Shown here piece by piece: positions 1-13,569 of a stretch of DNA of 64,000 nt (the stretch's first letter is position 1; each line of letters begins with the position of its first letter). Source of the DNA: Fimbriosthenelais zetlandica (lineage: Eukaryota); assembly GCA_977030845.1 (NCBI GenBank), contig OZ365113.1:26226001-26290000 (forward strand). The letters run 5' to 3'. The translations under genes and the position numbers were made by a program. A model generated the notes under the pieces. That model saw only the letters and a list, made by a program, of their open reading frames with translations, made no database searches and was not told the DNA's origin.

Positions 1-302
1 AAGGGTTGAAGCTATCTGTAACAGGAAGGTTACAGCCCGATTTATGCGATGGCAAAGTACCTCCAGCAATAAACAGTGAGCTGATTAATGAGTGGATTGT
101 CTACCATTAATGGCTGGCACAATCAGGTCATTACTCATGCGGGATGGTTGTGTGTTTGAAATGGAAAACAAGAGTTCTGGCGGGAAAAGTGATGTACGAT
201 TCTCAACAGTAATGCCTGGAACAGCTCTGCGAATAGCTCCAGTTACTTGCGTACTTCTAGTCATGTGACTTTAAAAAATGCCAGCGATTAGATTTTCTAA
301 TG

Positions 303-441
303 AAGCCTTTGCATTCGCTAGATGAAGGTATGTACTCTCTCGACTAGCGGTGCACAGAGAAACTAAGAAGGGTGTTCTATAAAAGGTCGCCTGTGCCAAG
401 AGCGCGACCGCCAAAACACTCTGGTCTGTTCAAGGCATTAG
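303..441 (+). repeat. Dispersed repeat family F, copy 1 (copy 2 at 8838-8975)
   Basis: Collinear shared blocks gtactctc..ctagcg.tgca.a.agaaac, ctataaaa, caaaac..ctctggtc.gttcaaggcatta. Confidence 0.6.
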
Positions 442-1119
442 AACCAGGTCGTAAGAACATTCAGCGGCCTCTCACTTTATAGTACTTGGGAATTATATTC
501 CCACACATTGACACCATATGTATACTAAGTTTGGATGGGGAACAATCAGATCTAATCAGGAACAGACTCTCTCAACACTTTTTGAATTATTTTCCTAAAG
601 GTTAGGGCGCGATAAACCAAGCATATTTCTCCACTGGTAGGCTATGTAGGAAGGCAATTGACTGCAGTAAAACAATGTATTCAATTTACAATGAGTCACA
701 TAGTATAAGTGGCTCTCGAAGGGTGTTTTCAGGGAAGGTGAATGGTAAAATTAATAAGTTTTGCATTTTATTTTGCTTTGGCCAAAAGTTTTGGACATTA
801 ATTTTCGACAGATTAAGAGACAATTCAGGGCCAATATTAATGCATGCTTGGTTGCCTATAGCATCAGAAATATCCACTCAGTAACTGTATGGGCAATGAA
901 CTTCGCTATATAATCCCAGAGGAGTTGAGTCAGTTCATCAGGCCTTGCCGGAACAGATTGACTGATAGAAGGATAATACGTATCAATCAACATAATTGCT
1001 GTCCTTATCTTATCAGAGGGAATCTCTATTAGATGCTGAAGTCATGGCAACAAGGAACTAGATCCGCTCTTTTGTAATTCCGATACAACACCAAGCAGAC
1101 GTACCACATGCTCTGCCTC

Positions 1120-1325
1120 GGGCTAGCTCCACTGCATGGTGTTGCGGGTGTTGCAATTTTGTTGCGGCTAGCCCTGTGGCTGACTTTTCTATGGACTGAA
1201 CTGAATATCTGCCACACCACTTGCAAATTGAGCACAATATAGGTACCCTCACAAATAGCAAGCCCCTGCTAGTGCAGTTACACTCGCGGCATATATATGC
1301 AGCAGAAAATCGAGTGAAGATACCA
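1120..1325. mobile_element. MITE family E, degenerate
   Basis: gtgttgcaattttgttgcggctagccc...ccacaccacttgcaaat...agcaagcccctgctagtgcagttacac...gcagcagaaaatc. Confidence 0.7.
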
Positions 1326-2127
1326 CATCAACATTACTTGTATTGCTGAATCCCCAGCACAATATGGAGCAGATTTTATGTTCCAATACATTATGAGGAG
1401 TCAGTATGTGCATGTTAGTCACAGCTAATGGCTATTTCCTGTTCACTGACAGCAATGTAAATCATCACTTGCGTCGAAAGAAACTCTGGCCGCGGTATTG
1501 TTCCCGGAGCTGCGTTTGCCAAAATCTATCATGAAAAGCGATCGAGGCGGAATTGAAATCACACTTTCCTGTGGTTTCAATGGCTTTGTTGCCAGGGATA
1601 AAGTATGACGGCCAATACTTGATGGTTTCGCTAGGAGGGATCCAAACGATGGTGAGGTGTAATGTGGTTAGCGTAGCTATAAACGTGGTGGGCATGTGGT
1701 GGCTCCACCACCACCAAGACATGCTTCCCATTGGTTCCATCCACCACGAATTGATGTCAAAATCATTGGACTCAAACAAAATAACGCCTTGTTCCTGCAG
1801 CGTATTACAGTGCAGCGTAACGGTGTCAGTGGAAAACATTTGCTGTGCTTGTAAATGTGAAAATTTGTTTCGGAGCCGAGTGGTTTCTGCATTGCAAAAA
1901 CACCTTTGAATGTTCTAGTAGGAATTATTCGGGGAATACTCCAGACCAAGTAGAGACATGGCCTTTATTTGAATGGTGAATCTATAGGTTTCCGAGAGAG
2001 CATTTTACCATCAGTCTTCACAATAAATACAGTTCATGTGTTCAAGATGGAAGGAATAATTCAGGAATTAGCATCAGTTAAAATGCATGTACCCAGTTCC
2101 AGACTTTCTTGTAAAGGCTTTAGCATG

Positions 2128-2152
2128 AATGGGAGAGAGAACAGAAGAGAGA

Positions 2153-2202
<50 letters not shown>

Positions 2203-2390
2203 AGAGTGAAAGAGAGACAGAGACAGGGGGAGGGAGAGAGAGAGTGAGACAGGGAGATGGAGAGAGAAGAGAGGAACCAAGGAAAAGACATGGAGAAAGG
2301 GACAGACAGGGAGAATGAGAGTGAGAGAAAGGGAGAAATAGAGAAAGTAAGAGTGAGAGAGACTGTGTGTGAGAGAGACTGTGTGTTAAC
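2128..2390. repeat. (GA)n microsatellite and GA-rich tract
   Basis: Direct inspection. Confidence 0.9.
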
Positions 2391-2633
2391 AGAAAGGCCA
2401 GAAACATTCTACGCCAGACTGAATTGTCGATGAAGGGCGCCCTCTATCTCGGCGGATCGAAAACGCGCGTGGCTGCGGATCCGATTAGCCAAGCGGCCAT
2501 GTTTCTGGTCGGGCGGACAAAGTAGCTTGTAAATGCTGACATAGACAACAGGAGTGTGATTGCATTATGGCTGGAGAGTAGCTCGCTTAGTTACCTCAAG
2601 AGCTGGTTCTGACCTGCTCGTGGCTGATGCTGC

Positions 2634-2805
2634 GGAGGAGGAGGAGAAGGGGGGAGGAGGAGAGGAGAGGGGAGGGGGAGGAGAGGGGAGGAGGAGAGAG
2701 GAGAGGAGAGGGGGGAGGAGAGAGGAGGAGAGGTGGAGAGAGGAGGAGGAGGAGGAGGAGAGGAGGGAGGAGGAGCGGGGAGGAGGAGAGGAGGCGTGGG
2801 AGAGA
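2634..2805. repeat. (GGA)n/GA-rich low-complexity tract
   Basis: Direct inspection. Confidence 0.9.
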
Positions 2806-3248
2806 CGCGTTGATATGATTTCTCAGTATTTGTGAGCGATTCTAGTACAGAAAGAGGGAAATAAATACGTAGGACTAGGACAGAGTGGGAGGGATGGAAA
2901 AGAGATACCCGTGGGTGTTTGAAACAAACAATGAGGAACGCCACGGAAATTTATGGAAAATTGCTTTCACGCATGAAAAATACACTGGTTTGCTTAGGAC
3001 AGACATGCGGATTTTAAATTTGCGTGTAGTGAATTCAAGAATTGATACAACAAAAAACTTGTTCTCCGGGAATTAAACAGACTGGCAATAAAACACTAAT
3101 GGAAACTCCATTAGAATATTCCTGTTGTTTGTGTTAAATATTTAGTTATTCACTAGTGGCAGATGCTGAGAGAAGTTCAGTGAGGTTCAATTCACTGAAG
3201 GATCCAGTATTTTGTTAAGGGGGAGGGGGTAAAAAAGAGGAGGGGCCC

Positions 3249-3430
3249 TTTTAGTTAGAATTTTTATAGGATATTTCTAGGTGCATGTGCTCTTGAACAT
3301 ATGTACAACCGTGAGGAGGGAGGCATTGGAAATGCCTTGGACAGCTCGGGGGATTGAACCGCCGACCCTTCGATCATTGGTCAACCACCCTGTGTGAGTT
3401 GGCGCTCTAACCAACTGAGCTAACTCCCCC
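3249..3430 (-). mobile_element. SINE family A copy with internal deletion
   Basis: Head and proximal body are nearly identical to the 24.2 kb copy. The body then jumps from gaaatatcc straight to the terminal tataaaaattctaactaaaa, missing about 110 bp. Confidence 0.8.
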
Positions 3431-3737
3431 CCCCCTATGATGGAGGGTTGGGGGAGGGGTGCTGAACCCCTGTGCCTCCCCAGTAAGCCAGCCCTCGCCT
3501 TGGAGGCGTTAATTCCACTCACGACTGTAATCTTGCCGGCCTGTCGTTCAGGGTACATCTATACATGCCACTCACACGCGGACATTTGGTACCAGTCTCA
3601 ATTGCTCCCGTCTGCTCCCAGCCCTCGTGAATAGGTATGTTGGTATAATGTGTGAACATCTGGGCGGGTATGGGCAGGAGTTGTGTCACTTCTTGGTTAG
3701 AGTCCAAAATACCGGACCATACACCCTAAAACCATAA

Positions 3738-3977
3738 GCTCCAACCGGGTTCTTTTGCCTCGCGAGTGTTTGCTGCGGCTAGCAGACTTTTCTATGGCCT
3801 CAACTGCCATATCTGTCACTGGCATATCTGTCACACCATATCTTTCACTGCCATATCTGTCACACCAATCGCAAATAGAGCATTATAGGTCGAGCAACCC
3901 TCGCAAAGAGCAAGCCCCTGCTAGTACAGTTACATTAGCAGATGCGACAGTTGCAGCAGAGATCTAGAAGAGCTACA
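3738..3977. mobile_element. MITE family E with internal ~15 bp tandem expansion
   Basis: Family E motifs, with (ccatatctgtcac..) repeated four times at about 3806-3865. Confidence 0.65.
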
Positions 3978-4487
3978 TATATATATAACATTGTATGGCG
4001 TCATTGATTGGAACTTTCAAAAACTTTCTTTCACTTCCGTGGGAGACGAAGGCCGTTGCTGACTTAAAATTTAGCAACAGTAAATTTGCATTCAGAAGAT
4101 ATACTGAAGATATAGTTTTTCAACTCTCTAAAGGTTCAAACCAAAGTCTTGAATAAGACCTTCTTCCATCTTAAATTAGGTCCTACGCAGACCCTATTTT
4201 GTAAGTTAGGAAGTGACTTTGGAGGGTAATAGAAAAAAAGCCCATCTTGTAAACTGTCAATGTCTCACTGGGGGCTTGCAGGATTGTTGATGGGTGGCTT
4301 TGGGTGGCTTTAGGAAGGCTGGGACTACTCAGGGCTGATTTAGAAACATGTTTTGGAACCACGGACTGAGGATGGCACACCACAGAGGTCCTAGAAGCAC
4401 CTGCCGCACTGAGGATGTACACGGGTCCCATACAATGTCACACACATGTCCTGAATGCTGATCACAGGCGACAAGTGCCTACAGACG

Positions 4488-4920
4488 AAGGAGGAAACAG
4501 TGGGGAGGGGAGAGGGGAGGGGGGGAGTGCTATAGGGAACAGAGGAAGGAGGAAAGAGTGGGGAGGGGAGAGGGAAGGGAAGGGGAGAGGGAAGGGGAAG
4601 AGAGAGGAGGGGAGGGGAGGGGAGAGGTATAAGGGACAGAGGGAGGAGGAAACAGTGGGGAGGGGAGAGGGGAGGGGAGAGTGCTATAGGGGACAGAGAA
4701 AGGAGGGAACAGTGGGGAGGGGAGAGGGAGTGCTATAGGGGACAGAGGAAGGAGGAAAGAGTGGGGAGGGGAGAGGGAAAAGGGAGCGAGTGAGATATAT
4801 ATATATAGAGAGAGGGAGATAGAGGGAAGGAGAGAGCTAAGGGACAGAGAGAGAGAGGGAACGAAAGGAAAAGGAGGGACATATATATAAAGAGAGAGGG
4901 AGAGGGAAAGAGAGAGAAGA
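4488..4920. repeat. G-rich purine tandem repeat
   Basis: Recurring cagtggggaggggagaggg and gagtgctataggg.acagag units. Confidence 0.85.
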
Positions 4921-5914
4921 TGGTGACGAATGACCTATTAAAAATATTCTTTCCACATACATGCCACACAGCATTCTTGATGATCATGAGCCCACCAAAT
5001 TTGAATTTCTGCAGTTAAAAAAGTTCCCTTCAAAAAAACATTCGCTCTCTCCCGAAGGTAGCCAAGTAGAGTGAGTAGTTACCAAGTGTACACACTAGGT
5101 GTCGGGGCGGTGACTGTAGTGGTGAACTACTTTCATTGCTGATATTGCTGAGCTAGCTGGCACTGCATGGTACAGTAGCCGCCACCGCCACGCCCTCTAG
5201 TGCGGCCAGCGTGCAAATCACCCTGCCACTGCCAGCACCAGAGCGCACCAAGCGGCGAGCCCGGGAAACGCCACATGAGCTGCTCGTGAGTTTCTCTGCG
5301 GGACGTGAGCCAAAAAAATAGCCGCCCAAACCTGGCCAACTCCCCCCACCGAGTCCCGGCAGGCGTGTGATGCTGTTAGCAAGGTTGGCTTTGAACGTTC
5401 ATGGAAACAACGCAGGCTGTTTCCAATCTGATTGTCAATCTGGACTGGATCAGCAGCATAGAGAGAAAAAAATAATCACACTCCCATGCTACTGTTTTGC
5501 ATGGGTCTGTGGGGATTAGGATGGGAAAGGTTGATTTAGTCTGGGGTGCTCATCATTTGTGTTACCGCTTTTGATGGCCATAGGCAATTTTGGGTGTGAT
5601 GAAACTTTTCTTTTTCCAATTTGGAAAGGTGGAGACGGTTAAATTTGATCCCCATGTATTGATGTGAAATTGGTATTGTGTTTCTTCCTCTTTTGGCCCC
5701 ATGGCTGATTGGGAGTTGGGGTGGGGACGTGGGTGGGAGGGCGAGTATTTTAGGAAAGTGTTGTTCACAAGCTGTGGTCAGTGGGTGTAAGCTTGGCAAT
5801 GGCTATTTCCTAGAATAGATAAAATCAAATGCCTCAGTGAATATTTGCTTAACGTTCAGTCAGCGTCTAGAGGGCGAGAAGGAAACACGCTGTCGGTACA
5901 CAGCGGACTCACCT

Positions 5915-6075
5915 TTACATGCCTCTTACCATTTTGATAGTCAGTGGGAGACATGGCTGGCCTTTGATTACCCATGCAGTTAGCATGTAAAACTGAGTGC
6001 AGGACAATGACAAATCTGGGTAATATTGGAAACCTGTGACCTATATGGAATTGGAAGTGATCTACCGGTTGCTTA
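5915..6075 (-). mobile_element. SINE family B copy (degenerate)
   Basis: cagtgggagacatggctggcctttgat tail, then gttagca, then ggaaacctgtgacct (B-box remnant), collinear with the 36.9 kb copy. Confidence 0.6.
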
Positions 6076-7535
6076 AAGACTGAGTTTAATATTTAGTCTT
6101 ATTTATAAACTATATGTAACTGGATATTCAAGATTTTTTAAGGTTTGTCACTGGAAATTGCTTACGTTTTTTTGAAATTAGGTTACAAATCACACTCTTC
6201 TTTGGATCCATTATCACAACATTTCTCTATTGACTGCTCTCAATGTATAGAACCCACATGGTAACCTCTTTCAACAATTAATGTTCTGGCAATGATCTCT
6301 TTTCCATTATCGCAAATAATGTAATTTCATTCACACAAATTGGCGAGTGAGTGAGCTCCCATGTGAACCCAGGTCATTGTTAGCATTCTAAAATCCCCGA
6401 AGAAATAGATCTATAACAAGTAAATTTAACTCTACAATTCTGTCCATATTTTGCCCTTTCTCCCTACCGGAAATTTAAATCTTATTCATTTCCAATCTTT
6501 GCTCGAGGGAATCACTTGTCAGACATTTGGGACAGATGTCAAACCTGCTTAAATCCATTCCTTGCCAAATGTTCTGCCCTTTTTCGGTTTCGAGCCTCCT
6601 GGCCTGTGATTTTGGAGGAAAAACAAAAGTCAAGCTCGTATTTTTGTCTCTTTTTCCTCCTTTCTACCTGCTCTGGGAACACTTTTGGCAAACCTCAGAG
6701 ATTAGGAAGAGCACACAGGCAGGTTAATTACCATTTAGTTCCATGTCTTTCGTGGTTCTTCTCGTATAAACCTCGTGTTTTCCATCTTTGGATTTGGAGA
6801 CCGGGCGTTCAGCCTTTGATGCAGTTTGCCACGCTAGCAATTATTCCGACTAGAAAGAAAGCTAAAACCCAATCACAAACGAACAAATCTACTTCCTCTG
6901 GTAATTGCAATTGCTTGATGCATTACCGACAGCTCATTTCTCCGTTTCAAGGACAGTTGTATTTCTCTGAGAGCTAAAGAAATATCTCAGAAGAGTTCAT
7001 TTTTGCATGCGCAATCGGAATGTTTACTCATTCATCTCTCATTGCAATGAAATATCTACCTTTATACAGCATCACCAAAAATCATATTTAGTAAAAAACC
7101 CATGATCATTTCTTGGCAGTCATTTTGAAATGAATAATTGATGAACTGATAAAAATAGATCGATTTAAAAACAGAACCTGTATAAGAAAAATGTCACTTA
7201 CATGGAAGGATGTGGAAACAGTGGAAGTTGTTACTTTATTTTGATTAAAAAAAGTGAATTCTAAAGTATATAAATATTTTTTGCTGATACTGTACATATA
7301 TTATGTATACATAAAGCCTAATTAGCTCTGCATGTCTGCCAGGACAGGGGATATAATAGAAAATGTCCTGTCTTTTGGGGAACATTATCGGCCTCCTCTG
7401 GAGTAGAGAACAATGGCAATACATTGTCTATAGAGCAACTCTGAACAACTCTGAGCAACCCTTGAGGCTATATTGTATTCACAACAGAGAGTATAGCGTG
7501 CGGAAACACTCCCTACCTCTCCGAAAACACACACA

Positions 7536-7572
<37 letters not shown>

Positions 7573-8837
7573 CCATTCTCTCGGTCTCCCCTCTCTCCTT
7601 TTCTCTCCATCCTTCTATCTCTCTCTCCCATTGCTCCCTCCTACGCTTTTTTTTTTTTTTTTTTTATCTCTTTCCATCTTTTTCTCTCTCCTCGTGTGAC
7701 GAAATACTAGTCTCATCAAAAAGGGTCATGGCAAGGAGAAGTAACCCAATGCCTTCATCATGCTTCATATTCAGTAAAGTGGTACTGTGGAGAGTACAGA
7801 TCTATTGTCGCCTGTTTCTATAGACATTGCTCATTAGCCTGCTGTTGAGGGGTCTTCTGGAAATTGCCTCGATAGAGAAGAAATGACCTGAGCTATCAAC
7901 TTGGCACCCACGGTGAGCTGGGCAATTAAATCAGTGCATAGTTTTGTTGGAATCAGAGAAGGGAAATGACATTAAAATTTGGCCCAGCATTTATAAGTAA
8001 GGAAGGCCATTGTATGGAAATTGGGGTAGACTCACAAAACACGGAAATATAATATGTTCCACCAACTGAAACTTTCAAGTAAGCTCAGGCATACATGATG
8101 TAAGACCTCTATTACTATCGAACAAGAACTAACAACCACGAGACTGGTTGGATGGCAGGTTTTTGGCAGTCTGTGATAGGTTATCAGTATCAGAAGTCAG
8201 CAGTTTGTCTTACCTATGCGTGCCTGGGTCTAAATCATCAGCTAACAAAATGTCCTGTGTCATGTGTGCCTTGACCTTAAAATGGTTGGCAAAATATCAA
8301 TATATAAGCATAAATTGATGCAGCATTTATTTCCATTTGGTGTACCATTGCATTTTTCTGCTCTGTAATGTATATAATCGACCCTATGTAAAGCACAATG
8401 AAGAGCTAAATCATATAATACAGGGCCTTAATAGGCGGTAAGTCTTCATTAGCCTTGGGTATTTGAAAAGTGCCTGATGGTGCTGATCACTTGCCCAATG
8501 GGTGATTACCCCGAGCTGGCGTTTGTACATGCATGTATTTGGGGGATTATCGTAAAGCATAATCCCCATAGATGGATGTCTCGAGTGGGGGCATTACTGA
8601 TAATCTCACCCTATGATAAACCTGGCCACAGTTGTTAAGCTTAAGTTCCCTGGGTATAGTCATGTTTGTGTAAAAATACAGACTATTATGTCAGAAATAA
8701 TCTTGGTTGGGAAACTCAGACCCTTAGAGAGGTAAAACTAGAAAGCTGACAGCTTTAGCTTGGAATTATGACTGGAACAGACTGCAAAAACGCCCCTGGT
8801 TGCTTGCATTATTCTTGTAATGCGACTTGAGTCACAG

Positions 8838-8975
8838 AGGCTATAATTGCGTTCACTTCATTTAGGCGCGTACTCTCATGGCTAGCGTTGCATAAAGAAA
8901 CAAACAAAGGCGGGTGCGTCTATAAAAAATCACCCGCGCAATCGCAAAACCGCTCTGGTCAGTTCAAGGCATTAT
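8838..8975 (+). repeat. Dispersed repeat family F, copy 2
   Basis: Aligns by eye to 303-441; an inverted fragment may lie at about 9920-9940. Confidence 0.6.
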
Positions 8976-11080
8976 AAGGCTGTCATTTTCCTACATCTTA
9001 ATTGTCTGTCTGACAGAGCACTGGTGCAGGCAATGCGATCCAAACTGCAGCGAAACACTGCCCGTTAAAAGTAACGTTAATGTCGGGAAGTAACCTATGG
9101 GGACTTAAGTGAAACTATTTTTAAAGGGACTGGAGGACTTGTCCCATTGAGGAGATCTACGTTTGAGAGGTGGGCCAGTAATGGCGTGTATAAGGCCTTG
9201 TTCCCCCGGGGTAACCATGAGTTGTTACAGTGTGCGACTATCTTAAATGCACGGCTACAAGAGTGACCCATGGCTGGAAGGGTTGTAGAATGTATATTAA
9301 GTTGAATTAAGACCTTAACCTCTAGACAATAAGGGCTTTGCAAGAAGGTCTATATATTATCAAGCATGTGAAAGTGTGTGCCACAGAGCACAAGATTTTC
9401 AAGAAATAGTTCTGTGTAAATACAGTTGGGTCTCACTAACGGGACTGACCCATGAGACTGAGGTATTTTGAAATTGTCGCTTTAGTGAGTAGTGTTGGTG
9501 ACTTGGTGGTTTTTTGGACACTTTAGTGAGATGGCCGCTAAATGAGTCTCCACTATATTGGAATAACTCCATCGTATGGGAATAATCATGGACGAACACA
9601 GCAGTTCCTCAGTAACAACAAATGTCCTTTCCTCAATGCAATTTAACCAACAAAGGAATTCCTGATTGACAAATCCTATATATACATGCTGACATTAATC
9701 ATGTCTGCTGCATACCTGTTGGTATTTGCCAGCATTTGGCTTTCCATACATTATGGCCATGCAATAGTCACATCATACTTGAGCTGAGTCAACACTCGCA
9801 CCTGTGAAGTGTCTACAGATTACCTATATAGGTTTCTGACTGTTTCTCATATGTTTTAGGTAATACAACAATATTGAATAAACTGATAAGTGTGCACAGT
9901 CGATCGATTGCCATGCTAAGCGGGGTGATTTTTATAAAGTACATAGGCATATCCCTCTAGTAAACCTTAGCAAAGGTAATTTCCGAACGTGTTATTATGT
10001 ATTAGTCGTCACATAGACAAAGGCTTCGCAGGAATGTGTCCCGAGGAGAAATGGAAAGGGGAAGTAGGGGCATGGGGAACATGTATTGAATCCTACAATA
10101 TAATGTTGGAACTCAATTATAAAAGGAAATATTCAAGGGGAGTTTACGTCTATATGTAACCTGGCTTATAAACCATGATACTGATTCTTAAATATAGGAA
10201 AGTCTGTTCTCTTTTACTAGGCAATAATTAGAAAAGCATTCCTAGGAATCCGTTATATTTAGAAAGTACTTTACATAAGGAATTGATTAAGTTTTAGAGT
10301 CCCTTTCTAAACTGAAGGAGTGAAGTTACATGCACGGGAAAGTAACTTGTAGACTCGAGAAAGCTCTATAATATTAAAATTTAAGAATAATTTTAACTGA
10401 AGATGAATGATTATGAAATATAATTTGATCAATGGTAAGGTGCGAAACTTGAGAATGGTGTGGGCGAGGTTGACAATACTACACGACGCAAGTAATAGAA
10501 AGGTATTGGCTTACACCTGAAATAAAGATATTGAACGAGATAATTTTCTTCGTGAAGATCAAGTCTATCTTTAGAAAGTCACCTTTAGTAATACACGATA
10601 ATCAGGGGAAAGTGAAACTTGAGACACGAAATATCCAGGATATTATTGCAGGCAGGAAACTATCAATTCTCTTATAGATATTCAGGACTAAATGCATAAC
10701 CTTTGCAATCTCTGTTCTCCCACCTACGCAAACAACAGGAAAAAAAATTCATTCAGAATTTGAGACTGCTATATAAGCTTCCTAATTTTAATTTATAAGG
10801 CAAACGTATATATAACATCAGTATAAAATCAATTTGCATCAGAGCCACTGAAAAGGCATTAATATTTTGTTCTTATGCTGTTCTGAATGAAATAATTTGA
10901 AAAGAATTTGGAACAGCAAAGGAAATGGTAAGAAAGGAAAGTAACTCAAGAAGGACATTCCAGATCCATTTCTCGCATTCAGGTGACAATTATCATGAGT
11001 TGGTGGAGAAATGAGGCAGGCAGTGTTTACAGAACGTGACGTTAAACTCTCAAAGCATCCCACAAATCAGCCACGACACA

Positions 11081-11221
11081 NNNNNNNNNNNNNNNNNNNN
11101 NNNNNNNNNNNNNNNNNNNNNNNNNNNNNNNNNNNNNNNNNNNNNNNNNNNNNNNNNNNNNNNNNNNNNNNNNNNNNNNNNNNNNNNNNNNNNNNNNNNN
11201 NNNNNNNNNNNNNNNNNNNNN
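11081..11221. other. Assembly gap
   Basis: Run of N. Confidence 1.
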
Positions 11222-12207
11222 GAGAGGAGAGACCGAGAAAGGAGACACAGAGAGAGAAGTGAGAGAAAGGTAGACAGAGAGACAGAGGAGCCAGTGAGAG
11301 GAGAGGAAGTAGAGAAAGGGAGAGAGAGGAGAGAGCATGGGGAGAATGGATGGGGAAGAGAGAGGGCCTGAGTGAGAGGTAGAGAGAGGTGAGTATAGTC
11401 CCGTATCAGAATGGATGGTTAAGAATACCTGTACGTCCATACTCCAGGTGCTAACTCAACACACCTGTCTGCCATGATTACTTGAGAATGTTGTTACTTC
11501 TTCAAAAGAAACTTCTCGTCAAGAGCTAATTGCTGTAAAGTACATGGCTAAAAAGCCCAAGAGGAAACAATATGTAGGCTGCAAGTACATTCATACAATA
11601 AAACCAAACATTATTTCTTCTCCCTAAAAACGCAATAATTTTGGATAGCGATTTTAACATAACTAATACATAATAGAGAATGGAACAGAGAACGTTCCTA
11701 TTTTATAGTTATAATATAACTAAATATTATTTAAAAATTGTTCTTTCCAAAAGTGGATAACAAATGTTTGTGATAGTGTAGATCCTCGGAAGTTAAGTTC
11801 AACTGTAGGATATACAACTAGCGTCCATAACTAACGTTCCAACTAAAGTGGGCAAGTCTAAACTACCCAAATATACAGCTGAGAGATTTAGGATATGCCA
11901 GACCAATAGATAGAGTTTAAAAGCATTGGTCTCAGCTAAGACAAACGTCAATTAACGTGTAATTAATGGTCCTTTTTCCCCAACAGAAGGCGAGGCTGTT
12001 TCTTGGGAGAAACAGTTTTTAGGCTGAAGTATTTTCCAGGAAGTTGGAAATAAATGTTATTAGGTATAATAGGATGCGTGGGTAGAAATCGGCTGGTCTT
12101 TTAAACCTCATTATTCATCCCTTCATTATTTACATAATCTCTGGTTTATGTAAATGGTTTTTATCAGATTTTAATCTGATTTAAGCTTAGCAAACGTGGA
12201 TAATTTT

Positions 12208-12375
12208 AAGGGTACGCTCAAGTGGTAGAGTGTTTGAGTGCTGAATGTGGGAGATCTCAGGTTCATTTCCCAGTGCAAGCATTCTCCAGATTAGCCATAT
12301 TATTCTTCCCCACCCATGCTTCCCCACCCATATCAAAGGCCAGCCATGTCTCTCACTGGGGTAAGAGGTATACGT
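12208..12375 (+). mobile_element. tRNA-derived SINE family B (degenerate)
   Basis: A-box-like gctcaagtggtagagtg, B-box-like caggttcatttccc, and tail atatcaaaggccagccatgtctctcactg, whose reverse complement recurs many times in the window. Confidence 0.65.
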
Positions 12376-13569
12376 ATAAAAAGACCATTGCGGCAATTTG
12401 CTGCCATTGAGCAAGCTATTGTATGCATACAGCGTGTTTCCTACTTGCTCAGTTAGAATAGCAAATTGTGCTAAGACAGCTGAGACTCTGCCGTCTGGAC
12501 GTTTAGCAACCATTTCCCACTCACCTCTGGTTTATGTAAATGATCAGAAAACGATCAGTTCACATTTAAACCATGAAGCCAGGTTCGCCGACTCCCGCGG
12601 CTCGGAACAAAAACAAAGCAATCATATGGGCGTGGGTTTTAAATGATTCCATGTAATTTCACGTCCTGATTATGTCATCAGCGAATGACTGCAAGATACG
12701 ATCAACCTGACGATGTGATTCCACATCATTACCCAGCCAAAAGCTATTTTAATGAGGGCCAATCACGAGCCCTCAAACTGCGATGCTCCCTCCCCATTTA
12801 TTAGCAGTAGAATTCTGAGCCTATAAATGTATGGGTATCAACTATACAATATTCTGCTGTAGATCTCCTTTCAGGGATGAAATTATTGTCGCTCAAATAA
12901 TATTTTTTGTAGGAACCACATTCAAAGGAATGCCCACCTATACCCACCTCGGTTATTAAAAAAAATAATGAATCCAATACCGATATATTTCCATGAGCAG
13001 AAAAGCTTAAACATCTCTGGCACAGTTGGTTCAAATAATTCTGGCCTTTTAATTTTTAATGATATAGAGCATGCCCTGCGATGGGAATGATGTACAACAT
13101 ATGACGTATATAAAGACGTCAAATTTTCTCTCTACAGGTAAAACTTACTAGAAATGTGTGCTTAGGGATTCAGATATTAATTAGGATAAATAATTAGTAA
13201 CTGCACTGAACAAGAGATATCAAGAGGCAGGCCTATAATATTAAGGTCATGGACATAATCGGCGCCATGGTACCGGAAGTGTTTTCCTGCCTCACTTTCG
13301 TAGTCTCGCAGCAAGGATTAACTCTATGCAGTAAAATGAAGCCCAGCTGCAGCTCCGAACCAGCTTGATGCAACAAAGATACACTGTATACGGGCACAGA
13401 CCTTGAACCTCACCGCAGCAAGCGTGCTGACCACAGGTGGAAAATGCAATAACTTCCAAACAATTAACCATCGATAGGAAGTCCATCAAAAATTCACTTC
13501 TTCTGCTTGTAAACGCTGGGCTAAATAGAAGTGGGATCCCGGAGGATACGGAATGCGGTTTCACCTCCA

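Noticed and set aside
2061-2944. ORFs rich in SL, ER, RE, PP and GG (also at 4.4-5.0, 7.4-7.7, 16.5-16.8, 26.4-27.0, 37.2, 45.1 and 50.6-51.3 kb)
   Set aside because: They are translations of GA/CT microsatellites, which lack stop codons.
3340-3430. Apparent tRNA genes here and at 24200-24288 and 59237-59330
   Set aside because: The spacer is too long, there is no proper acceptor stem or terminator, and each continues into a shared body, so they are SINE heads.
10600-10650. VKLET peptide shared with a frame at about 46150, and RKYF shared with about 44175
   Set aside because: The matches are short and not collinear in spacing; likely chance.
11011-11440. Long ORFs containing X runs (also 13292-14098, 21606-21970, 26386-27057)
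   Set aside because: Their length comes from assembly gaps.
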